Shown one piece after another: positions 56,770 to 64,000 of a DNA stretch of 64,000 nucleotides. The translations under genes and the position numbers were made by a program. Source of the DNA: Candidatus Uhrbacteria bacterium (GTDB lineage Bacteria > Patescibacteriota > Patescibacteriia > UBA9934 > GWF2-40-263); contig JBAXQK010000003.1 of NCBI GenBank assembly GCA_037131775.1, positions 12,439 through 76,438 of the forward strand, given 5' to 3'. A model generated the notes under the pieces. It was given only the letters and a program-made list of their open reading frames with translations, did not search any database and was not told the origin of the DNA. The first letter of the stretch is position 1. Each line of letters starts with the position of its first letter.

Positions 56770-56799
56770 ATGGTAGGTCGGCTGAATTACCGTTAATAA

Positions 56800-58887
56800 C
56801 TAAAGATCCTCCACGTTCCGCAAAAAACTTCCTGTCATCGGCTTCGTCGGTTTCTTTTCTCCGAGACTGTCAAGCACGATCGTCGGGCCGTCGTCATCCG
56901 GGGCCGCGTAGTGGAACGGACGCTTAGGCGGGAAGCTCGACGATCCGAACGTCGACGGGCGCAGGCGGACTTCCTCGACGAGACCGTCCGGAAGTTCCTG
57001 GATGAACTGGCTTGGCTGTCCGAACATAAGAGTATCATCGCCGGAGGAGATCGGATAGGTCAGGAAGAGATGTTTCCGTGCTCTCGTCGCCGCGACGTAG
57101 AACAGGCGGCGTTCCTCTTCAATCCCGCCTTCCTCGCCGAGAGAACGCTGATGCGGAAACTTGCCGTCGACCAGACCCATCACGAACACCGCTTCCCACT
57201 CGAGGCCCTTCGCCTGGTGAATGGTCGAGAGGACGAGCCGCTCGCGGTCGTCGGTTCCGGACGACGACTTCCCCGCCCCGTAATCCTCGGTCAGCGTCAC
57301 CTCCTCGAGAAACGTCGAGACAGCCTCGTACGGCTCGGCGAACAGCGCGAACTGCTCGAGGTCGTCGAGGCGATCCATGTAATCGGGATATTCCGCCTCG
57401 AGATAGTCGCGGTATCCGCTCGCGATGACCGCGCGAATCATGTGCGACGGCTTGGCGTGCTGGCTCATCGCGGCGACGGTCTCTTTGACGGCGGCGAGCG
57501 CGATCCCCGCCTTGCCCGCGACGACCGGATTCGGATCGACCTGGAGCTTCTCGACGATCTTTCGCGCCGTCACGTCGCCGATCCCCGGCTGCATGCCGAG
57601 CACTCGGGCCCAGGCAAGCTCGTCCTTCGGGTTCGCGACGATGCGGAGGTGGGAGACGACGTCCTTCACGTGGGCGCGTTGGAAGAACTTCATGCCGCCG
57701 CGGAAATCGTACGGGATGTCGCGCTTGGCCAGTTCGAACTCGAGCGCCTGGCTCTGGAACGATCCGCGAAACAGAACGGCCATGTCGCGCAGCGGCGTGC
57801 CGTCGGCGCGGAGGATGAGGATCTGCTCGGCGATGTACTGCGCCTCCTGGAACTGGTTCGCGGCCGGCACGAGGCTCGGCTTCTCGAACGGAGGGCGGAC
57901 GGCGCGAAGATCCTTCTTGAACTGGTCGCGATTCTGCGCGATCACCGCGTTCGCAAGCGACAAAATCTCCGGGCTCGACCGGTAGTTGGTAACAAGCCGG
58001 AACGTCTTGGCTCCGGGATACGTCTCCGGAAACTGGAGGATGTTGCGAATCTGCGCGGCGCGGAACGAGTAGATGCTCTGCGCGTCATCACCGACCACGA
58101 GGACATTGTTGTGGACGCTCGCGAGCTGGCGGACGATGCCGGCCTGGATCGTGTTCGTGTCCTGGAACTCGTCCACGAGGATGTACTGGAACTGCGTGGC
58201 GAGACGGTCGCGCACGACGGGATTGGTGTAGAGCAGCTTGCGGACCAGGAGGAGAAGATCGTCGAAGTCGACGATGTCGGACTGCGACTTGCGCGTCTCG
58301 TACAGCTCGGCGATGCGTTCGATGGTCGGGATGATGTCGCGGAAGTTCGGGTGCTTCTTGAGCGTCGACTCGCGGACGGAGATGCTCGCGTTCATCGCGT
58401 ACGAGATGACGTTGTGCAGGTTCGCCGGCGACGGGAACTTACGCGCCGTCGTGTCGACCGCGAGTTCCTTCACGCACGACTTGATGAGGTCTCGCGCGTC
58501 CTCCTCGTCCATGATCGTGAAGTTCGGCGTGTGACCGACGTAGGGCGCGTAGGTTCGCAAAAGTCGATTGGCGACGGAGTGAAACGTTCCGCCCCACATC
58601 CCGCGAGGGTTCGCGCAAAGCAAGCCCTCGACGCGGCCGAGCATTTCCTTGGCGGCCTTGTTCGTAAACGTCAGCAGCAAGATGTTCTCCGGCGAGACGC
58701 CGTTCTCGATGAGATACGCGACGCGGTACGTGATCGTCCGCGTCTTCCCCGACCCAGCGCCGGCGAGGACGAGGCACGGACCGTCTCCGTTCAACACGAC
58801 CTCGACCTGCTCCTCGTTGAGTTCCTTGCGATAGTCAATCTTGCAATTGGCAGGATCAAAGCGGTTTTGGAGGACGAATTCTTTCAT
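56800..58887 (-). CDS. UvrD/PcrA-family ATP-dependent helicase
   Basis: AGAGSGKT, TFTNKAA, VDEFQD, GDDAQSIYSFR, NYRS, STIHQAKGLEW, EERRLFYVA. Confidence 0.96.
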   Translation of the reverse strand: MKEFVLQNRFDPANCKIDYRKELNEEQVEVVLNGDGPCLVLAGAGSGKTRTITYRVAYLIENGVSPENILLLTFTNKAAKEMLGRVEGLLCANPRGMWGGTFHSVANRLLRTYAPYVGHTPNFTIMDEEDARDLIKSCVKELAVDTTARKFPSPANLHNVISYAMNASISVRESTLKKHPNFRDIIPTIERIAELYETRKSQSDIVDFDDLLLLVRKLLYTNPVVRDRLATQFQYILVDEFQDTNTIQAGIVRQLASVHNNVLVVGDDAQSIYSFRAAQIRNILQFPETYPGAKTFRLVTNYRSSPEILSLANAVIAQNRDQFKKDLRAVRPPFEKPSLVPAANQFQEAQYIAEQILILRADGTPLRDMAVLFRGSFQSQALEFELAKRDIPYDFRGGMKFFQRAHVKDVVSHLRIVANPKDELAWARVLGMQPGIGDVTARKIVEKLQVDPNPVVAGKAGIALAAVKETVAAMSQHAKPSHMIRAVIASGYRDYLEAEYPDYMDRLDDLEQFALFAEPYEAVSTFLEEVTLTEDYGAGKSSSGTDDRERLVLSTIHQAKGLEWEAVFVMGLVDGKFPHQRSLGEEGGIEEERRLFYVAATRARKHLFLTYPISSGDDTLMFGQPSQFIQELPDGLVEEVRLRPSTFGSSSFPPKRPFHYAAPDDDGPTIVLDSLGEKKPTKPMTGSFLRNVEDL

Positions 58888-58896
58888 AGGATGGAT

Positions 58897-58977
58897 GGAT
58901 ACGAACCTGCGAACTGGCTACGAACCTACGAAAATTTCCGTTTAGCAGGTTCGTAGCCAGTTCGCAGGTTCGTATCC
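58897..58977. repeat. MITE-like perfect 31-bp inverted repeat (copy 2)
   Basis: GGATACGAACCTGCGAACTGGCTACGAACCT-19 nt-AGGTTCGTAGCCAGTTCGCAGGTTCGTATCC. Confidence 0.88.
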
Positions 58978-59044
58978 TCTCTCATTTCCCCGCAATGATA
59001 CCATATGCCCGGTATAAAAAAATCGGCCCGGAATGGGCCGAAGG

Positions 59045-59290
59045 CTAGCGTGTTCCCGGAGTCCTCGGGACGCGGAATTCCTTTCTCCGACGATCGACGC
59101 CGCCGAGTTCCTTGGTGATGTCGAACGGCCGCTCGTCGATCGGGCCGTCGGGATCGACTCCGGCGGACTCGCGTTCCGCGGCGGCAAGGTCGCGCAGTCG
59201 ACGCGCCTCTTCCTCGGCGAGAAGCGCGGCGCGGCGCGCTTCATACTCGGAACCCGAATCGGGCGGCACGTGGGATGGCTTTGGTCTCAT
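59045..59290 (-). CDS. Small hypothetical charged protein
   Basis: MRPKPSH...; TGCTACCAT -10 element 8 nt upstream. Confidence 0.5.
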   Translation of the reverse strand: MRPKPSHVPPDSGSEYEARRAALLAEEEARRLRDLAAAERESAGVDPDGPIDERPFDITKELGGVDRRRKEFRVPRTPGTR

Positions 59291-59351
59291 AGTCCCTCCA
59301 TGGTAGCAAAGAAAATGGTCCGGGGCGAGGCGCGCCGGACCAGACGGACGA

Positions 59352-60581
59352 TCAGAGCGGAAGCGTTCCGGCCTCGATCGCGTCGCAGAACGCCTTTGGG
59401 TCGAACTCGACCTCGAGCGCAAGGGCACGCGCGGCGTCGAGATGCGCGACGGAGCGCGCGACGACCGGGTTCTCGAAGTCGTGGTCGACCGGGACCCCGT
59501 CGATCACGAGCAGGTCGCGGACATGGTCGATCACGTCGACGAGCCCGTTCTTGTCCTGCTTCGTCAGCTCGATGTGGGCCTTCTCGACGCGCGACGCCAC
59601 GGTGTGCGTCTGCTCGAGGATGCGCCGGCCGTCGACGAGGACGAACGATCGCCGACAGCGGTCGAGCAACTTGCGCGCCGCCTCGTAGTTCCCGGCGCGG
59701 AGCGCGACGACTACGCGGTCGAGGTCGCTCGCGATGCGCGGGAATCCCCGGCGGCTGTACGGGGCGATGGAGACGCTCCTGAGGCTGCCGGCCAGCTTCT
59801 CGAGGCGAACGGCCATCCTGGTCGCGTCATCCGCGTTCAGGGCGCGGACGCCGCGACTGCCCCACCGAAGCGCCTGGACGATCTCGCGCTCGAAGTCCGT
59901 CTTCACCTTCCATGCCTCGTCGGCGAGCGCGAGCAGGTCGCCGTTGCGCACCGAGATCCGCGGACGGATCCGGTGAACGGTGCCCGTGCGCTTGCACAGG
60001 GCGAGGTCCGCGCTCCACACGATCGGACTGCGCGAGGTGAAGTTCGTCCTTCCGAGCGCGTCGGTCGGGTTCGCACCGCGGCCCGACTGCGTTCGCGCGC
60101 GCCTCTTGTCGTCGTCGACGACCTTCCGAAGCCCCGTGCTCACGGAGCCGGTACGTTCCTCGTACGCGGCAATCTCCTCGGCGCTGGACCGGCTGTTCAG
60201 GTACCAGGTCTGCTGGAGCGCCCACTCGAGCGTCTCCCGGTAGCAGAAGATCTCGATCTTCTCCACGTCCTGGGTATCCGGAACGTGGAACCCCTGCGAG
60301 CGGATGGCGGCGTAGATGCCGTCGTTGAAGATCATGAAGTAGGGCACGCCCTCGCGATCGAGGTTCGTTCTCCGAACGAGCACCGCGCCCTTCCGGATGC
60401 AGAAGGCCTTCTTCCCCTGCTTCAGTCCGCCCGTGTCCTCGCATGCCACGTACAGCACGCGGTCGCGGATGACCTTCACCTCCACGTCGATGACGTTCCC
60501 GCCCTTCACGCGGATCCTGCGCATGACGCGCGCTGACCGACCTGCCGGCATCGTAGACCGGCTTCCTGATGGGAAATTCAC
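59352..60581 (-). CDS. Hypothetical protein
   Basis: GGAG SD before GTG; TTGACA-17-TACCTT promoter; GC3 bias; no family recognised. Confidence 0.65.
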   Translation of the reverse strand: MNFPSGSRSTMPAGRSARVMRRIRVKGGNVIDVEVKVIRDRVLYVACEDTGGLKQGKKAFCIRKGAVLVRRTNLDREGVPYFMIFNDGIYAAIRSQGFHVPDTQDVEKIEIFCYRETLEWALQQTWYLNSRSSAEEIAAYEERTGSVSTGLRKVVDDDKRRARTQSGRGANPTDALGRTNFTSRSPIVWSADLALCKRTGTVHRIRPRISVRNGDLLALADEAWKVKTDFEREIVQALRWGSRGVRALNADDATRMAVRLEKLAGSLRSVSIAPYSRRGFPRIASDLDRVVVALRAGNYEAARKLLDRCRRSFVLVDGRRILEQTHTVASRVEKAHIELTKQDKNGLVDVIDHVRDLLVIDGVPVDHDFENPVVARSVAHLDAARALALEVEFDPKAFCDAIEAGTLPL

Positions 60582-60632
60582 TGTAGACTCCTTGCCCGTA
60601 GGGCGTCGAAAAGGTACACTCTTTTTCGATAT

Positions 60633-61097
60633 ATGTCAATGTACCGACCAAACGCGGCAGTCATCGTCACGGACGGAAACGGAAAGATTTTGTTATGCGA
60701 GCGCGCGGACCTTCCGGACGCGATCCAGACCGTCCAGGGCGGAATCGACGAGGGCGAGTCGCCCGAGCAGGCGGCACGACGCGAGCTGAGCGAGGAGATC
60801 GGCCTCACGCACTCGCAGTATGAGATTGTCGACCGCATCGCGGAGCCGATGCGCTACGTCTGGCCCGAGCACATCAAGCAGTGGTTCGTCAGCCACAAGG
60901 AGCTCGACGGCTACGTCGGCCAGGAACAGCACTTCTTCCTCGCCAAGGTAGAGCCGGACGTCCATTTCAACCTAACCTCGCATGCCCAGGAATTCTCCAG
61001 GGTCTGGTGGGGCTCCCCGGAGGAGATGGTTGAGAGGTCTTGGGAGTACAAGAAAGAAATCCTGAGGTCCGCGCTCGAGCAGTTCAAGCTGCTCTAG
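60633..61097 (+). CDS. NUDIX hydrolase, RppH-like
   Basis: YRPNAAV, QGGIDEGESPEQAARRELSEEIG, YVGQEQHFF. Confidence 0.88.
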   Translation: MSMYRPNAAVIVTDGNGKILLCERADLPDAIQTVQGGIDEGESPEQAARRELSEEIGLTHSQYEIVDRIAEPMRYVWPEHIKQWFVSHKELDGYVGQEQHFFLAKVEPDVHFNLTSHAQEFSRVWWGSPEEMVERSWEYKKEILRSALEQFKLL

Positions 61098-61108
61098 GGA
61101 CCGAGATG

Positions 61109-61136
61109 AAAATACGACCCGATCGGGTCGTATTTT
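61109..61136. terminator. Bidirectional terminator
   Basis: AAAATACGACCCGA-TCGGGTCGTATTTT between convergent genes. Confidence 0.75.
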
Positions 61137-61144
61137 ATATAATC

Positions 61145-62845
61145 CTACCAGCTCCCTCCGCCTCCGCCGCCGAACCCGCCTCCCGAGAACCCGCTGCCTC
61201 CGCTGCCACCCGACGACTTCGGGGCGGCGACGGCTGCCGCGGCGCTCGTGAACGTGTTGACTCGGTGCGAGAAATCGACGGCGTTGAACGCGACGTAGTT
61301 TCCAACGAACCAACCCGGCTGTTCCCTTGCGACGTCGGCGAGCGCCTTGCTCCACCTGTCCGCGACGCCGAAGACCATCGCGTACGGGAGGAACTTTTCG
61401 AAGATCTTTTCCTTCTCCTGCCACTGGATCCGGTACTTCTCCGCCGTTTCCAGGTAAAGCTTGAACCCGAGCGCCTTCTCGCACGCGATCGCGCCGAGCT
61501 CGGTCTTCTTCGGCATGACCATCCCGAACACCCCCACGATGACCGCGGTCGCAATCCCCGCGACATACACGAACACGGCGCCGTTCAGTGTCGCGGCGAC
61601 GGCAGTGCCCAGAACGTGGGTCAAGAACGCCACGACAAGCGCAATCGCGACGTACCAGGACCGAACCGTCGTCGGGTTCTTCGCGTAGTAGCCGAGCGTC
61701 GCCATCTCCTCGTAGACGTCCTTCTCGATCTTGCGCTTCGCCACGACCATCGACGACCGTCGGTCCGTCAGCCTCACCTCCTCGTCGCTTCCGAACAACC
61801 CGAGCATCAGCGCGACCTCGAACGGCTTGAGCGTCGCGTCGTCGGGCTTAAGACGCTTGAGACGATAACTCTTGCTCGTGACGAACAGTACCTTCGTCTC
61901 GTCCTCAATGATCTGCAGATACCCGCGAACCGCGAGGTCGACGATCGCCGCGGAGATGTCGCGGTCATGGACCTTCGCGTCCACGAGCGTCCCAACTTCC
62001 GTCGGTCGCAGACTGTCCGGCGGCTCATACTCGGCGATGATCGTTCCGCGGCCCTTCGCGTCCTTGCCGTTCTTGCGCCAGCGGGAAAACAGGAAGACGA
62101 ACGCGACGATCGGGACGAGGAGAAAGAAGATTCCCGCGTTGTCCGCGACCAGCTGCTTTGCGCGGTCGAGCTGGGTCGGCTCGGTGACGATTCCCTTTGG
62201 GAAGGACACGGAGACGGTCAGAAAGTCCTCGGCGACGACGGTCACGTTTCCGTCGGCGACCCGTTTGTCGCAGTTCATCGCGGTCGATCCGCTCACGCCG
62301 GTGTAGCACGAGACGTCGAGCGCGTCGACCGACGCGCCCGAGACCCGCACCGTCGCGTTCACCGTCGAAAACGCCCCTTCCCAATCGGACCCCGTCACGT
62401 TCCAGTACAGCTCGTCCGTGTCGGCGTGATACAAAATGGCACGGTCGACGCGATAGCGAATCGAATATTCGAACGGCCCGGAGAGCGTCTCACTCGCGTC
62501 GCCGATCTTGATCGTCTCGTATCCTCCATTCCTCGAGACCTCGTACGGCTCCGCCCTCCCGAACAGTCCCACCGCCTCGACGGTGATCCCGATCGTCTCG
62601 TTCATGCCGGCCGCGGTGCGATACTGGTACGGGATGTTTCGAAAGATTCCGTGGCGCGGAGTATCGAACGATCCCGTGATCGTCTCCACGACCTCAAGCG
62701 ACGCGTCGGGCTCTATGTCCACGACCGCCGAGAACACGTCGTAATTCGTCGCGGCGAGCGTCGGCGTTCCCATCGCGAGGAACGCGACGACGCTAGCGAA
62801 GGTAGCGATTCTTGTTCGCAATGTGCTCGTCGAACGTCGCGGCAT
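61145..62845 (-). CDS. DUF2207 domain membrane protein
   Basis: RHGIFRNIP, ELYWNVTG, AAIVDLAVRGYL, LPYAMVFGV, terminal GGGFGGGGGGSW; start uncertain. Confidence 0.9.
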   Translation of the reverse strand: MPRRSTSTLRTRIATFASVVAFLAMGTPTLAATNYDVFSAVVDIEPDASLEVVETITGSFDTPRHGIFRNIPYQYRTAAGMNETIGITVEAVGLFGRAEPYEVSRNGGYETIKIGDASETLSGPFEYSIRYRVDRAILYHADTDELYWNVTGSDWEGAFSTVNATVRVSGASVDALDVSCYTGVSGSTAMNCDKRVADGNVTVVAEDFLTVSVSFPKGIVTEPTQLDRAKQLVADNAGIFFLLVPIVAFVFLFSRWRKNGKDAKGRGTIIAEYEPPDSLRPTEVGTLVDAKVHDRDISAAIVDLAVRGYLQIIEDETKVLFVTSKSYRLKRLKPDDATLKPFEVALMLGLFGSDEEVRLTDRRSSMVVAKRKIEKDVYEEMATLGYYAKNPTTVRSWYVAIALVVAFLTHVLGTAVAATLNGAVFVYVAGIATAVIVGVFGMVMPKKTELGAIACEKALGFKLYLETAEKYRIQWQEKEKIFEKFLPYAMVFGVADRWSKALADVAREQPGWFVGNYVAFNAVDFSHRVNTFTSAAAAVAAPKSSGGSGGSGFSGGGFGGGGGGSW

Positions 62846-63821
62846 ACACGACCGTCCCGTCGGACGTGGTTAGGAAGTAAAGATACGGATTGCTCGTGGG
62901 ATGCGTCACGGCATCGATCGCGTTTAATCCCGGGTTCGAGATCGGTCCGGGCGGGAGTCCGGCGCGGGTGTAGGTGTTGAACGGGTTGTCCTTCTTCAGA
63001 TCGTCGACCGTCATCTCGGCCGACGTCTTGCTGAGATAGTACGCGATGGTCGAGTCGGCCTGCAGCGGCATGCCCATCTTGAGGCGCTTGAGGAAGATGT
63101 CCGCCACGTCCTTCATGTCCTTGGGGTCGCGGACTTCGCGCTCGACGATCGACGCGAGGGTAAGGACCTCGTGCGGCGTCATCGCGCCCGGGAGCGACAT
63201 CCCGTTCTCGTCCTTCGCGAGCGATTCGCTCAGCTTGTCGCTCATCTCGCCGAGCATCTTCGCCACGACGTCCTCGGCGGTCGCGGTCGCGTAGAAGCGA
63301 TACGTGTCCGGAAACAGGTAACCTTCCAGGTCGACGCCCGCCGGCTTGTTCTGGCTCACGAACATACTGGCGGCCCCGGCCGTCGACGATGTGCCGACCG
63401 CCGTCTTCCACTCGTCCTCCGTGATCTTCGGCAGCGCCGCCCGCACGCGCTCGCCGATCTGCCTGACCGTGTATCCCTCCGGAATCGTGACCTGGACCTC
63501 CTCGACGTCCGCGTGCGACAGGGCGCCGACGATCGATCGGAAGCTCATTCCCGGCCTCAGCTGGAACGTTCCGGGAAGGAACGACGACTCGGCGTGCGAC
63601 AGGCGGACGTACGCCTTGAAGAACAGCAGGTTGTCCACGACCCCCTTCTCGCGAAGGTGCGTGCCAATGGTCGAGACTCCCTCGCCTTTCTCAACGACGA
63701 ACGAGACCGTATCCGCGTCCGCTTTCGGGGACAGGACGTAGGACTCGTATGCGAAGTCGCCCGCCACGGCGGCGGAACCGAGGACAAGCAGCGCAATGAC
63801 GGCGGCGACAATCTTTCCCAT
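62793..63821 (-). CDS. mltG: Endolytic transglycosylase MltG
   Basis: VTIPEG, LEGYLFPDTY, LASIVERE, MPLQAD, NTY..GLPPGPISNPG. Confidence 0.95.
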   Translation of the reverse strand: MGKIVAAVIALLVLGSAAVAGDFAYESYVLSPKADADTVSFVVEKGEGVSTIGTHLREKGVVDNLLFFKAYVRLSHAESSFLPGTFQLRPGMSFRSIVGALSHADVEEVQVTIPEGYTVRQIGERVRAALPKITEDEWKTAVGTSSTAGAASMFVSQNKPAGVDLEGYLFPDTYRFYATATAEDVVAKMLGEMSDKLSESLAKDENGMSLPGAMTPHEVLTLASIVEREVRDPKDMKDVADIFLKRLKMGMPLQADSTIAYYLSKTSAEMTVDDLKKDNPFNTYTRAGLPPGPISNPGLNAIDAVTHPTSNPYLYFLTTSDGTVVYAATFDEHIANKNRYLR

Positions 63822-63822
63822 A

Positions 63823-64000
63823 TTATTTTCCGTGGCACTCCACGTATTTTTTTCCGGATTTGCAAAAGCACGCGCGCTCGCCGCGGTCCTCGGCCGTGAG
63901 CCAGGAACTCGACTGGACCTTTCCTCCCCTGCCGACGCCGTACACGATCTCGATGCCGAGCTCCGCGCACAGCTTTGCCTCGGGATTCTGCGACGAGTTC
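63823..64000 (-). CDS. C-terminus of cytidylyltransferase-like protein ending in a SEC-C motif (partial)
   Basis: ...PEAKLCAELGIEIVYGVGRGGKVQSSSWL...CFCKSGKKYVECHGK*; not in the ORF track. Confidence 0.7.
   Translation of the reverse strand, partial: NSSQNPEAKLCAELGIEIVYGVGRGGKVQSSSWLTAEDRGERACFCKSGKKYVECHGK

Overview
GC-rich chromosomal window from a Patescibacteria (CPR) bacterium, probably Parcubacteria/ABY1 such as Ca. Uhrbacteria. This placement is inferred from gene repertoire, an LLGAGC lipoprotein signal, MopE-type repeat proteins and leaderless promoters; the code is standard (11). Most genes are on the minus strand. Housekeeping genes are typA, murG-ftsW-mraY, rpmA, rlmI-like, pyrG, rplI, engB, rsgA, rpmG, malic enzyme, pcrA/uvrD and mltG, plus four tRNAs (Lys, Trp, Thr, Tyr). 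They are interleaved with many cell-envelope genes: a VKOR/thioredoxin pair, DipZ, and a class F sortase with a frameshifted ice-binding-domain LPNTG substrate. The centre (about 34.1-54.4 kb) is a surface-appendage island. It holds a type IV pilus locus with a histidine kinase and two receiver proteins. Directly beside it is an apparently undescribed second fibre system: three paralogous Cys-rich subunits with putative N-terminal donor strands, three membrane-anchored GLSP-motif chaperone-like proteins (one with dockerin and cohesin), a signal peptidase I and a GT2/GT-C glycosylation pair. A fourth subunit paralog lacking the donor strand lies about 27 kb away, in an operon with the disulfide-forming VKOR pair. 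Other signals are palindromic elements inserted in frame in murG and an EVE gene, inverted 7/8/9-mer tandem arrays at gene junctions, perfect DnaA boxes in both appendage promoters, and several ORFs missing from the supplied track. No CRISPR, integrase, transposase or rRNA was seen. All domain calls are motif recognition by eye; no searches were run.
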